A DNA stretch of 64,000 bases from a virus (Duplodnaviria > Caudoviricetes), in the IMG/VR virus record IMGVR_UViG_3300032116_000009; one strand, written 5' to 3'. Under the pieces are notes generated by a model. It searched no databases. It was not told the origin of the DNA and saw nothing but the letters and a program-made list of their open reading frames with translations. This document shows positions 9,320-18,788 of the stretch, in pieces. The first letter of the stretch is position 1; each line of letters opens with the position of its first letter. The translations under genes and the position numbers were made by a program.

Positions 9320-10402
9320 TCAACCAATCGCAGGTGCGGTGAGAGCAACAGGAGTGTTCTCAGCAGCAGCAAGATCGAGAGGGAAGTTGTGAGCGTTACG
9401 CTCGTGCATCACTTCCATGCCCAGACCAGCACGATTGAGCACATCTGCCCAAGTGTTGATCACTTTACCTTGACCATCAACGATGGACTGGTTGAAGTTG
9501 AAACCGTTGAGGTTGAACGCCATCGTAGATACGCCCAGGGCAGTAAACCAGATACCGACAACAGGCCAAGCAGCAAGGAAGAAGTGTAGCGAACGAGAGT
9601 TATTGAAGGAAGCATATTGGAAGATCAGTCGTCCGAAGTATCCGTGAGCGGCAACGATGTTGTAGGTCTCTTCTTCTTGTCCGAACTTGTAACCATAGTT
9701 CTGAGACTCTTGCTCTGTCGTCTCGCGGACAAGGGAAGACGTAACCAGACTTCCGTGCATAGCACTAAACAGAGAGCCACCAAATACCCCAGCAACCCCA
9801 AGCATGTGGAACGGATGCATAAGGATATTGTGTTCTGCTTGGAAGACGAGCATGTAGTTAAACGTACCCGAGATTCCGAGAGGCATTGCGTCAGAGAAGG
9901 AACCTTGACCGAAAGGATAAACAAGGAACACCGCAGAAGCAGCAGCAACAGGAGCAGAGTAAGCAACGCAAATCCAGGGACGCATACCAAGACGGTAAGA
10001 AAGTTCCCATTCACGACCCATGTAAGCATAGATACCAATCAGAAAGTGGAAGACGACCAGTTGGAATGGTCCACCGTTGTAAAGCCACTCATCTAGGGAA
10101 GCAGCTTCCCAGATGGGATAAAAGTGCAGTCCAATAGCATTGGACGAAGGAATTACAGCACCAGAGATGATGTTGTTTCCGTACATGAGTGAACCAGCAA
10201 CGGGTTCACGGATACCATCAATGTCCACTGGGGGAGCACCGATGAATGCGATGATGAAACAAGTTGTAGCAGCAAGTAGGCAAGGAATCATGAGGACTCC
10301 AAACCAACCGACATAAAGACGGTTATCGGTTGATGTAACCCAATTGCAAAACTGTTCCCAAATATTCGATTGTGATTGTTGACGTGAAAGTGTAGCAGTC
10401 AT
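9320..10402 (-). CDS. psbA: photosystem II D1 protein (360 aa; start moved to MTATLS)
   Basis: [32 protein letters not shown]; no intron. Confidence 0.99.
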   Translation of the reverse strand: MTATLSRQQSQSNIWEQFCNWVTSTDNRLYVGWFGVLMIPCLLAATTCFIIAFIGAPPVDIDGIREPVAGSLMYGNNIISGAVIPSSNAIGLHFYPIWEAASLDEWLYNGGPFQLVVFHFLIGIYAYMGREWELSYRLGMRPWICVAYSAPVAAASAVFLVYPFGQGSFSDAMPLGISGTFNYMLVFQAEHNILMHPFHMLGVAGVFGGSLFSAMHGSLVTSSLVRETTEQESQNYGYKFGQEEETYNIVAAHGYFGRLIFQYASFNNSRSLHFFLAAWPVVGIWFTALGVSTMAFNLNGFNFNQSIVDGQGKVINTWADVLNRAGLGMEVMHERNAHNFPLDLAAAENTPVALTAPAIG

Positions 10403-10419
10403 TGTTTTTTTTAAAAATA

Positions 10420-10525
10420 GTAGGACCATCAGGGAAATGGTGGTGATACTATGTTCCCGCCACCCTCAGGCAGGATATGAGAGACGTTTTTATACTCCCC
10501 ATAGGTCTCGGTTAGTGGGAGTTCG
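10420..10525 (-). ncRNA. structured psbA 5' leader, likely PhotoRC-II-type motif
   Basis: GAGAC/GTCTC and further helices in the psbA 5' UTR; position matches the motif described for cyanophage psbA; identity from recall only. Confidence 0.5.
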
Positions 10526-10562
10526 ACAATGTTACGAGAACTTTTGGTTTCGTAACATTTGT

Positions 10563-11381
10563 TTACCTATTTATCATACTACGGGTTCCCATGGGTGTCA
10601 AGGGCCTTGGGCCCCAATCAACGTTGTCATCCATTACATACTCAACATTGTCCAAAACCAACCTATCCAAAAGATTTTGATAGTCACTAAAAGTCAAACA
10701 CTTTGTAGTCATTATAACAGGATACATTCTTTTCCAAAGATCAAAATCATTTTCCCTTAAAGTCAAAAAAACTCCTGGTTCTGGTTTATCTTTTAACTCT
10801 AGTTTCTTATATTCTTCATAGGCTATTTCAATGCCAATAATTCTCTGAATATCTTTCCTATAAAAATCTAAAAACAAAGTAGAATTACTCAGATCAATAT
10901 CTTTCCAACTATCATTATTGACGATATCACTAACCAAATCCGAAAGATTATGGTTCGATTCTGGGTCATCTTTAGTTCTATTAAAAATTACATCAACTTT
11001 TTTGTCTGGGAAGTAATTAGAAATTATTAAAACTCTACCTGCACCAGAACATATATGAGTTAAATTTACGTCGGAAACAATAGGAAATCTAAAAGATTGT
11101 TCCGTTAAAAGGGCTTTATATAGATGAGGCAACTTTGTAAAATTACTTATCTTACAATGTTTGCAGGATTCCTCAAAAGTTTTATAAGGTCCATACTTTA
11201 TTTTTAAGACTAATTTTATAAAATCACACAGATAATCCTCAGTAAAAATCTGAGGAACGTTTATAGATTTTTTGTAGACATAAGAAATCTGGATATCTTT
11301 TGGATCTATTTCTCGATACTTAGAAATAGCCCAATAACTAGGATCACAATATTTCTCGTAACATAAAATATTTTTTATCAT
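10563..11381 (-). CDS. unknown protein, paralogue 1 of local family (possible ParB/Srx-like core)
   Basis: FTKLPHLY..FPIV..SGAGRVLI..YFPD..WKDIDLSN shared with neighbours. Confidence 0.8.
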   Translation of the reverse strand: MIKNILCYEKYCDPSYWAISKYREIDPKDIQISYVYKKSINVPQIFTEDYLCDFIKLVLKIKYGPYKTFEESCKHCKISNFTKLPHLYKALLTEQSFRFPIVSDVNLTHICSGAGRVLIISNYFPDKKVDVIFNRTKDDPESNHNLSDLVSDIVNNDSWKDIDLSNSTLFLDFYRKDIQRIIGIEIAYEEYKKLELKDKPEPGVFLTLRENDFDLWKRMYPVIMTTKCLTFSDYQNLLDRLVLDNVEYVMDDNVDWGPRPLTPMGTRSMINR

Positions 11382-12247
11382 ATTAAAACTTCAGTCTCCG
11401 AAATTATATTATCTAATAATTTTAGATAATCTTTTTCTTCATTAAGATTAGAATTAATTATTAATTCATAAATTGTTTTCCAGACAATATCCTTAGATAA
11501 AATCTTATCATAAAAATTTTTGTTATTTTTATTAAATTCTATACCTTCAATGTAGTAAATATCTTTCATCTTACCAAACATTTTGGCATGGCCACGTTGA
11601 AGTTCTTTTCCTATAATTATATCTACATAATCAAATTCAATATTTGATTTCAGTTGAATGTGATTACAGAGATCTTCAATTGTGTTAAAACAAATATCTC
11701 CTCTTGATTTCCCGTTAACTTTATCACTTATGGCATAGTCTACTCTAATATCTGGAAAATATAAATGACCCAATAATGCCCTAGAAACTCCAGTTATTTG
11801 ATATAGTTTTATATTATCATTTAAATCATAAACAGATGTCATTAAAAAAGGCATCATAAATTTACCAAAATTTTTAAGATCTCGATAAAGATATGGTAAT
11901 GTCATCAAAAAAGATCTCATAAAACCCGTCTTATCGGTGATACAAGTTTCATGAGGAAATCTAGTAGGCACAATATAATTGGAACCCATAGAATACTGCA
12001 TAGTTTGTTCGAAGTATTCAGATATTCCATATTTTTCTGAATTACTTTTCACATCATTTATATCGGTAACAAAAGTATTCCACGATCTATTAAAAACTAT
12101 TGGAGAAATCTTAACGTTTTCTATGTAGTTTACTCGGATTTCTCTATTTGATATCTCTTCAAGATGTTCTTCTATGTCAGGATCAATATCATCAAATATT
12201 TTGTTCTTAGAGCTATCATTAAATTGATAATAATAATTGATATTCAT
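11378..12247 (-). CDS. unknown protein, divergent paralogue 2
   Basis: LPYLYRDL..FMMPF..TGVSRALL..YFPD. Confidence 0.75.
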   Translation of the reverse strand: MNINYYYQFNDSSKNKIFDDIDPDIEEHLEEISNREIRVNYIENVKISPIVFNRSWNTFVTDINDVKSNSEKYGISEYFEQTMQYSMGSNYIVPTRFPHETCITDKTGFMRSFLMTLPYLYRDLKNFGKFMMPFLMTSVYDLNDNIKLYQITGVSRALLGHLYFPDIRVDYAISDKVNGKSRGDICFNTIEDLCNHIQLKSNIEFDYVDIIIGKELQRGHAKMFGKMKDIYYIEGIEFNKNNKNFYDKILSKDIVWKTIYELIINSNLNEEKDYLKLLDNIISETEVLI

Positions 12248-13053
12248 TTAAATTTCCAAGTATATAATTTTTTAGTTAGAGAAAGATTATCAAAAATTAT
12301 TTGATCCAATAAAACTACAAGATCATTGTAGTTATTGACATCAAAATTGATAATGGATTCTTTAATACTATTCCAAAGTTCTATGTTTGCACTTTTTTCA
12401 ATAAAAGATTCGGGTATTCTAGCTTTATAATTATTGAAATAATCTTCGTCAGTAATGTCTATTGATTTAATATAATACAAATCCTGAAAATTTTCAATAG
12501 TCATAATAATAACTTTGTTGGATAAATCAAAATCTTTCCAATATCGATTTTCTAAAACTGAATCTATAAACCTATGACAAATTTCTTCAGACCCTACCCC
12601 GTAATCTGAAGAATGAACTGAGATATCAAATTCAAATTCTGGAAAATATCTATATGCAATAAGTGCTCTACCATGTCCACCAGCTTGTAATTGATTCTTA
12701 GATCTCAAAGTATGTGGAGTGTAGATGAATGGGTACATGTAAGACTTATGTTCGATCAAATCCAAGTAAAGGTATCCCAACTTTGTGAATATATCAAAAT
12801 ATATTGGCTCAAAAATTCCAGGGGGACCACCATATGGAACTCCATTTACATATTCTTTTTCATAAGAAGAATCAACATATGTCTTTTTCACATCCAAAAC
12901 ATCACTCATAAAGACTTTGAGAGATTCATTAAACCTGTCCTCAACAATCTTTTGGTTTCTACGATATTCAAAATTCATTACCTTTAATGGATTTGTTTTA
13001 GAAAAAAACAATCTCTCACCGGTAACGTCATCAAAATATTTTATATCATACAT
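12244..13053 (-). CDS. unknown protein, paralogue 3
   Basis: MYDIKYFDD..FTKLGYLYLDL..MYPF..GGHGRAL..YFPE..KKLYTWK. Confidence 0.85.
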   Translation of the reverse strand: MYDIKYFDDVTGERLFFSKTNPLKVMNFEYRRNQKIVEDRFNESLKVFMSDVLDVKKTYVDSSYEKEYVNGVPYGGPPGIFEPIYFDIFTKLGYLYLDLIEHKSYMYPFIYTPHTLRSKNQLQAGGHGRALIAYRYFPEFEFDISVHSSDYGVGSEEICHRFIDSVLENRYWKDFDLSNKVIIMTIENFQDLYYIKSIDITDEDYFNNYKARIPESFIEKSANIELWNSIKESIINFDVNNYNDLVVLLDQIIFDNLSLTKKLYTWKFK

Positions 13054-13056
13054 AAC

Positions 13057-13851
13057 TCATTTCCATGTATAAAGTTTTTTAGCAAGAGGTAGAGTATCAA
13101 ATATTACGTGGTCAAGTATTTCAAAAAATCCATCAATATTATTTTGAAGTTTATAATTAATGATCACATCTTTCATGCGGTGCCATATTTCTATCTTACA
13201 AGAGTTTTCCAGAAAATAATCTGGTCTAATATTCTGAAACGTTTGATAGTAATTATCGTCTACGAATTCTATAGACTTAATAAAAAATAAATCTCTATCA
13301 TTCAATTTATAGTCTTCAACATTTTCAATATTGAGAATTATTGTTTTATCCGAAATATCAATATTTTTCCAATATGTTCCGTTCTTAACTTTGTCCACAA
13401 AATCTTGCATTAATTCTTCCGACCCTATCCCAAAACTGGTTGAGTTAACAACGAAATCAAAAGTTTTCTCTGGAAAATATCTCCAGGCCAATAATGATCT
13501 ACCATGACCAGATTTAATAACATCATCGTTTAGAACGATAGGATACATAAAACTCTTCTCAAGAAGAAGATCCAGATACAAATAAACTAATTTAGTAAAT
13601 CTATCAAAGTAAACTTTATTTTGTCGTTGACCTTCTAATCTTTCGATATATGAAATCTCACTACAAAATGGTCCATCCATATCCCTACACTCTAAGACAT
13701 CCTCCATAAAAACTCTGAGGCCATCTTTATACATTTCCTTTGTTATTTTTTCACTTTCTCTATATTCAAATCCCATTATTTGTAAAGGATTTTCTTCCGT
13801 AAATATTAATTCCTCTCCCGACTGATCATGAAAATATTTTATATCATACAT
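13057..13851 (-). CDS. unknown protein, paralogue 4 (start moved to MYDIKYFHD)
   Basis: FTKLVYLYLDL..MYPIV..SGHGRSL..YFPE..KKLYTWK; ATG overlaps the GT8 stop region. Confidence 0.85.
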   Translation of the reverse strand: MYDIKYFHDQSGEELIFTEENPLQIMGFEYRESEKITKEMYKDGLRVFMEDVLECRDMDGPFCSEISYIERLEGQRQNKVYFDRFTKLVYLYLDLLLEKSFMYPIVLNDDVIKSGHGRSLLAWRYFPEKTFDFVVNSTSFGIGSEELMQDFVDKVKNGTYWKNIDISDKTIILNIENVEDYKLNDRDLFFIKSIEFVDDNYYQTFQNIRPDYFLENSCKIEIWHRMKDVIINYKLQNNIDGFFEILDHVIFDTLPLAKKLYTWK

Positions 13852-14515
13852 TTGACATCTCTCCAAAATATTTTTTCCAAATTTCAGAATACTCACAATC
13901 TCTATAATTTTCAAACCAAGGACCACCCTCAGTATAATGTAATGCTTTTGGATTACCCTCCTTATACCAACCAACTAACCAATTCCATTCCAAAGGCAAC
14001 TCCCCAATCTCATCATCTTTTAGCCAAGTAAATCTATGCAGTTCTTGAGGAGATAACTTATTAACGGTTTCTACATTTAGATTTTTATTGGATGGATGAT
14101 TACAGTTCCACAAAATAAGAGAACTCCAGTTCTTTCTGGGATAATTCACTTGCAATTGTCCATCCATTTTAATTTTATTTATTGGGTTGTATTCGTGTTT
14201 GACAACTAAAACTGCATACTTATCGTCTCTGAATTTAAACAGTTCTTCTATATCAGATAGCCATAAAAAATCACAATCACAAAAAACAGACCAACCAGAA
14301 TAATTAGATAAGTGTGGAGTTAAAAATCTTGTATATGAAAATTCAGTTGAGGATGGCTCATCAAAAGGTCTATAATAACAACCAGATGATCTTAAATCCG
14401 ATTGTATTAAAGGTATAACTTCTACCTTAGATTGATGTTTTATAAGACTATATTTACAAACCTGATATGCAACATCTTCTCTAGAATCATATCCAATAAA
14501 AACTTTCATTACCAA
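13844..14515 (-). CDS. GT-A fold glycosyltransferase (GT8-like)
   Basis: VFIGYD, STEFSYTRF, DCD (DxD), KNWSS, HYT.GGPW. Confidence 0.85.
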   Translation of the reverse strand: MVMKVFIGYDSREDVAYQVCKYSLIKHQSKVEVIPLIQSDLRSSGCYYRPFDEPSSTEFSYTRFLTPHLSNYSGWSVFCDCDFLWLSDIEELFKFRDDKYAVLVVKHEYNPINKIKMDGQLQVNYPRKNWSSLILWNCNHPSNKNLNVETVNKLSPQELHRFTWLKDDEIGELPLEWNWLVGWYKEGNPKALHYTEGGPWFENYRDCEYSEIWKKYFGEMSNV

Positions 14516-14553
14516 TAATCAATCTATATAATTTAATTATTCTATTATTTAAC

Positions 14554-15357
14554 ATGTATGATATAAGGTATTTTGATGATGATAGAGGAAATGAAATAGA
14601 ATTGCCGTCAAAGATAATGAGATTTAAAACTGAATCTCAAAGAGTATTGCCAAGTAATATTTTAATAGACTCCTATAAATCCTTCAAAGATAATATGCAA
14701 CAAGCGATAGAAGATTATGAGACATTCTTTAATACCGATGAGTATGAAGATAGAACAAATGAAAAGTTTTCTATAAAAATACAAAAATTTACAAAATTAG
14801 TTTACTTGTACTTGGACTATTGTGAAGATGATTGTTTTATGTATCCTTTTATTCTTGTGAAAGATCCTACAACCACAAATGAAGACAAATGGATTTCAAT
14901 GGCAGGTCAAGGTCGAATACTAATTAAATGGAAATATTTCCCAAAATCTTTTAGTGATGTATCATATCATTCTATTGATTATGGAATAGGATCAGATGAT
15001 GTAATAAAAGAATATATTGATTATGTTAAAAACACAAAATTTTGGAAAGACAAAGATATCTCAGATAAAACTATAAGGATAACATTTGAAAAATTTAATG
15101 CAAGAGAAAAAATTTATAATATAAAACATTTAGAATTTGCACCTAAAGAATACTACAATAACTATAGAATGCAAAGACCAGATTATTTTTTAGAGAATGT
15201 TTGTGATTTGGAAATATCAAAAAACATAAAAAATCTTTTCTTAAATTCTGGGATACAAAAAGATTCTCCAGCTTCAGATTATATACAACTACTAGATGAC
15301 TTTATTAAAACAAGCACGAATATTGCTAAAAGAAAATATACCTGGAAAATGACATAA
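14554..15357 (+). CDS. unknown protein, paralogue 5 (inverted orientation)
   Basis: MYDIRYFDD..FTKLVYLYLD..MYPF..AGQGRIL..YFPK..KRKYTWK. Confidence 0.85.
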   Translation: MYDIRYFDDDRGNEIELPSKIMRFKTESQRVLPSNILIDSYKSFKDNMQQAIEDYETFFNTDEYEDRTNEKFSIKIQKFTKLVYLYLDYCEDDCFMYPFILVKDPTTTNEDKWISMAGQGRILIKWKYFPKSFSDVSYHSIDYGIGSDDVIKEYIDYVKNTKFWKDKDISDKTIRITFEKFNAREKIYNIKHLEFAPKEYYNNYRMQRPDYFLENVCDLEISKNIKNLFLNSGIQKDSPASDYIQLLDDFIKTSTNIAKRKYTWKMT

Positions 15358-15388
15358 AAAAAGAGAGGAGAATTCTCCTCTCTAAAAT
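15356..15388. terminator. bidirectional hairpin between convergent genes
   Basis: GAGAGGAG-AATT-CTCCTCTC flanked by A-rich runs. Confidence 0.7.
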
Positions 15389-15389
15389 A

Positions 15390-15923
15390 TCAGACTACTA
15401 CAGGAGTCTTTGATTTTACATATGAAAGAACTTTGTCTGGAGTAGAATATTCATATGGATCGGTATCCGCATTATCTCGTTTACCATCTTCCATAAACAA
15501 CTGTTCAATTACTCCGTCATTAATGACAGCAGCGTATCTCCAAGAACGTAGGGCAAATCCCAAATTACGTTTTTGAACTAACATGTCCATGCCTTGAGTG
15601 AATTCACCATTACCATCTGGAATCAGTTTAACTTTCTCGATTCCTTGATCTTTGGCCCATGCATTCATTACAAATGCATCATTAACGGAAAGACAATACA
15701 CTTCGTCAATACCAGCTTCAATAAATTCAGAGTAGTTTTCCTCAAATCCAGGAAGTTGATATGCACTGCATGTAGGAGTAAATGCACCAGGAAGTGCGAA
15801 CAACACTACTTTTTTTCCACCGAAGAGTTCTTCAGTAGATCGAGTTACAAATTCACCATTTTCGCGGAACATGAAGTTCACAGATGGAATATTTACGATT
15901 TCTTCAGGAATTAGTTGGGGCAT
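15390..15923 (-). CDS. peroxiredoxin (Prx5/redoxin family; start moved to MPQLIPEE)
   Basis: PGAFTPTCS, SVNDAFVM.AW, PDGNGEF, RSWRYA. Confidence 0.95.
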   Translation of the reverse strand: MPQLIPEEIVNIPSVNFMFRENGEFVTRSTEELFGGKKVVLFALPGAFTPTCSAYQLPGFEENYSEFIEAGIDEVYCLSVNDAFVMNAWAKDQGIEKVKLIPDGNGEFTQGMDMLVQKRNLGFALRSWRYAAVINDGVIEQLFMEDGKRDNADTDPYEYSTPDKVLSYVKSKTPVVV

Positions 15924-16188
15924 GATTATAAGGGTGTTTTTGTTTAAGTTCAGGATTTGGTTGTGAAGGAACAACTGGGTTCCTTGATTTGTTTTTAATT
16001 ACAATAAATGCATCATTTTGATAGGATACAGTTCCAAAGGGTTTTGCCCATTTTGGATTTGCATCTGGGTGAGTAGCAGTTCCTGTGACTGCAACTCCGC
16101 CAATCTCTACAGAGATTTCATCATCAGCAGTCCATTCTAATTTTTGAAGAGCAATGGAGAGTTGCCCCAACCAGTCAGCACTTCTCAC
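15904..16188 (-). CDS. conserved hypothetical protein
   Basis: Overlaps petF stop and the peroxiredoxin start. Confidence 0.7.
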   Translation of the reverse strand: MRSADWLGQLSIALQKLEWTADDEISVEIGGVAVTGTATHPDANPKWAKPFGTVSYQNDAFIVIKNKSRNPVVPSQPNPELKQKHPYNHAPTNS

Positions 16189-16478
16189 AGATTCTCTTCC
16201 TGTTCAGTCAGAATCACACAATCGCTGGTGGGGTATGCAACACAAGTGAGTACCCAACCCTCAGCAATCTGATCATCATCAAGAAACGATTGTTCCTCGT
16301 TATCTACAGTTCCACTAATCAGTTTGCCAGCACAAGCAGAGCAAGCACCTGCTTTACAAGAAGAAGGAAGGTCTACACCTGCTTCTTCAGCAGCTTCAAG
16401 AATGTATTGGTCATCAGGACACTGAATAACAGTTTCGGTGCCATCAGGAGATTGGAGAGTAACGTTATAAATTGTCAT
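16185..16478 (-). CDS. petF: plant-type 2Fe-2S ferredoxin
   Basis: [13 protein letters not shown]...VLTCVAYP. Confidence 0.97.
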   Translation of the reverse strand: MTIYNVTLQSPDGTETVIQCPDDQYILEAAEEAGVDLPSSCKAGACSACAGKLISGTVDNEEQSFLDDDQIAEGWVLTCVAYPTSDCVILTEQEENL

Positions 16479-16535
16479 GAAGTTAATTTGAGTTACTTGT
16501 AGAGTTTACCAAAAATTTTTTAATCAGTCAACTAG

Positions 16536-16655
16536 TCACCAAATACCAGGAATGATTTGACCAGTAGTGAGATAAGTACCAACAGCAATGACGAAACCGA
16601 GCATTGCCAAACGAGCATTGAGGATTTCTGCCTCAGGGGTAAAACCAAATTTCAT
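16536..16655 (-). CDS. hli: high-light inducible protein (39 aa), not in ORF track
   Basis: MKFGFTPEAEILNARLAMLGF (ExxNxRxAMLG); SD AAGGAG. Confidence 0.95.
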   Translation of the reverse strand: MKFGFTPEAEILNARLAMLGFVIAVGTYLTTGQIIPGIW

Positions 16656-16667
16656 TTTTGTTCTCCT

Positions 16668-16856
16668 TTATTTTACTTTAGAATAGATAGAAGTTTCACC
16701 ATAATCGCGGTGAGTTTTATAACCAACAACTGCACCCTTTGTATTCATCAAAGCGGGCATAAAAGCAATTGTAAAAAATACTGCTGGTGCTCCAATAAAG
16801 AGAGCAGCAACGATTACATAATAAGTCAGCAGTTCAATTAGTGAGTGTTCCATCAA
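16668..16856 (-). CDS. small single-TM protein
   Basis: Hydrophobic helix YYVIVAALFIGAPAVFFTIAF; lies between the hli genes. Confidence 0.7.
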   Translation of the reverse strand: MMEHSLIELLTYYVIVAALFIGAPAVFFTIAFMPALMNTKGAVVGYKTHRDYGETSIYSKVK

Positions 16857-16939
16857 TAAGTTTCAGAAAGTTTTTCTACAGAAACTGCCAACAGTACGAA
16901 GAATGCGACAGAGGTAAGAGTAAAGATTAATTCAGTCAT
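16853..16939 (-). CDS. 28-aa membrane peptide (MTELIFTLTSVAFFVLLAVSVEKLSETY), not in ORF track
   Basis: Start and stop overlap both neighbours. Confidence 0.55.
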   Translation of the reverse strand: MTELIFTLTSVAFFVLLAVSVEKLSETY

Positions 16940-17133
16940 CAGAAGATACCGAAGAAAAGTTTACCTGTGAGAGAATAAGAAATAGCCCCAGCAATAATGC
17001 CGAGCATAGCCCAACGTCCATTGTACTTCTCCTTTACTTGGTTAGGTGTATCCATACCATAATTTTCGTAGTACATGGTAGGTTCTTTCGCCCACATATT
17101 TTGTTGGCCGCGATCATTAGTTGTTACAGTCAT
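16939..17133 (-). CDS. hli: high-light inducible protein (64 aa; start moved to MTVTTND)
   Basis: EKYNGRWAMLG motif; N-terminal TTNDRGQQNMWAKEP. Confidence 0.95.
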   Translation of the reverse strand: MTVTTNDRGQQNMWAKEPTMYYENYGMDTPNQVKEKYNGRWAMLGIIAGAISYSLTGKLFFGIF

Positions 17134-17142
17134 TGCACATTC

Positions 17143-17189
17143 GTTAAGAATTGTTACACAATTATATAGGAAAAAGAAAGGGGTGTCAA
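17143..17189 (-). promoter_or_regulatory. hli promoter TTGACA-N17-TATAAT with HLR1-like repeat at the start site
   Basis: Perfect sigma70 consensus 17161-17189; GTTAAGAA-TT-GTTACACA at 17143-17160. Confidence 0.8.
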
Positions 17190-17229
17190 GCACCCCCCGT
17201 AGTCATTTATACTTAATTTTGTTAGGAGA

Positions 17230-18699
17230 TCAGAACTTAAAAGTAGTCTGAATCACACCACCCCAGTTAGAGGAGTTGTCGGCAAGACGTTGGTTATCAC
17301 TTCCGTAGATGATTGCAGGAGTGACACTGATGTTATCCGAGACTTGATACTTGTAGAAGATTTCAAGCATCGTTGATTTCTCAAGGTTCTCACCAGTAGG
17401 TGCCTGACCGATAGCAACACCAGCGGAATTACCACCAACAAACACATCTTCCCACTGAAGACCAGCAAACCAAGACTGGCTATCAGTAGCATCGCTAGGA
17501 GTACCACTTACAGTATTCCATCCATAACCAGCGGAAATAGAAGGAACAATACCCGATTTCTGAGGTTGCCAGTAAGCGTTCAGAGCATAACCATTAGAGG
17601 TTTGACCAGGAACCAGAGTACCAGAAGCACCATTCAGACCGTTATAGGTGCGAACACGAGTTCCTTCAGTACCATAACGGTAACCAAATGCAGCACCCCA
17701 GTTAGTACCACGATAACCAATTTGTGCAAGAGTATTCAGAGCACCAGTCTCATCAAATACTCCAGTCTCACTATCGTTACCACTTTGAGCAACGTAGTTT
17801 ACACCAGCAATAAGACCTTTCTTACCATACTGAGCACCGAAACCAGCACCAGTTGCTTTGTTATAAACACCAGGAGTACCAGCAACAGCAAAGAAGTCAA
17901 GAATACCAGACTTATAAGCAGAAGGCATCCAAGCAATCTCAGTGTTACGAACTGCGGCACCTGCAGTCAGAGTTGCTTTGTTATTAAAAGCAGGGAATGA
18001 ATAATACAGACGATCGATAACTACATTGTTACCAACTTCACTGGTAGTGTTGTCTGCTTTATCCAGTTTGAACAGAGAAGAACTAGAACCGAAAGGATCG
18101 CCACTGAAGTTGGATGAGCGCAGACGGGTACGGAGCAGATCCTTACCAGTAAATGAAGTATCCAGATTCAGGCGAAGATCGTAGTTGAATGCGGTGCGGG
18201 TTGTATCACCACCTTTGGTACGATAGTCATCAACACCACCAAGAACAAAGTTTGCTTCACCACGAAGTTTAGTAGTAGTAGAGAATTGAGTTGCCCCAAG
18301 AGAACCAACCACTCGTTCTAGTCCATCTACACGACCTTGAAGAACGGTCAGTTCATCACGGAACTCATTAGCAAGACGCTTGAGTTCATCAGTTTGTTCA
18401 GTTACACGGTCAAGACAGGCATTCAGAAGTGCGGCTGCTTCATAACGAGTCATTGCACGGCCACCACCAAAGGTTCCGTTTGCATAACCAGCAACACAAC
18501 CATAACGTTCTACAAGGTTGCTGAGTGCTTGATATGCCCAATCAGTGGGTTGCACGTCAGAGAGTTGTTTGATGCTTGAGACTTGTTCCGAGGAAGTATA
18601 CTGGTTGACTGCTGCCATATTGAGGTCTGCGGCATTCGCAGCAACAGGAGCAACCATACCCAGAGCAACGGGTGCAAGCATCAGTTGTTTGAGTTTCAT
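17230..18699 (-). CDS. cyanobacterial outer-membrane porin (SLH domain + OprB-type barrel, SomA/iron-uptake-porin-like)
   Basis: Signal peptide, SDVQPTDWAYQAL..LVERYGCVAGY, TRYEAAALLNACL, FSTTTKL.GE, C-terminal TTFKF. Confidence 0.95.
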   Translation of the reverse strand: MKLKQLMLAPVALGMVAPVAANAADLNMAAVNQYTSSEQVSSIKQLSDVQPTDWAYQALSNLVERYGCVAGYANGTFGGGRAMTRYEAAALLNACLDRVTEQTDELKRLANEFRDELTVLQGRVDGLERVVGSLGATQFSTTTKLRGEANFVLGGVDDYRTKGGDTTRTAFNYDLRLNLDTSFTGKDLLRTRLRSSNFSGDPFGSSSSLFKLDKADNTTSEVGNNVVIDRLYYSFPAFNNKATLTAGAAVRNTEIAWMPSAYKSGILDFFAVAGTPGVYNKATGAGFGAQYGKKGLIAGVNYVAQSGNDSETGVFDETGALNTLAQIGYRGTNWGAAFGYRYGTEGTRVRTYNGLNGASGTLVPGQTSNGYALNAYWQPQKSGIVPSISAGYGWNTVSGTPSDATDSQSWFAGLQWEDVFVGGNSAGVAIGQAPTGENLEKSTMLEIFYKYQVSDNISVTPAIIYGSDNQRLADNSSNWGGVIQTTFKF

Positions 18700-18759
18700 A
18701 AAGATTTGTTTTTAGTACTAAACTACAAAAAGTCTTAACAATTTCGTAAGACTTGAGAT

Positions 18760-18788
18760 ATACTATAACCTTTTTTTCGTTTTGTCAA
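18760..18788 (-). promoter_or_regulatory. porin sigma70 promoter TTGACA-N17-TAGTAT
   Basis: Read directly; followed by inverted repeat AAGTCTTA-N9-TAAGACTT in the UTR. Confidence 0.7.

Noticed and set aside
8177-10137. Alternative-frame and antisense ORFs within psbD/psbA
   Set aside because: Shadow ORFs of highly conserved genes, with no recognisable motifs
9320-10402. Group I intron or homing endonuclease in psbA; intron/intein in nrdA or nrdB
   Set aside because: All three reading frames are continuous and of normal length
17253-18579. Alternative ORFs in the porin gene
   Set aside because: Shadow ORFs
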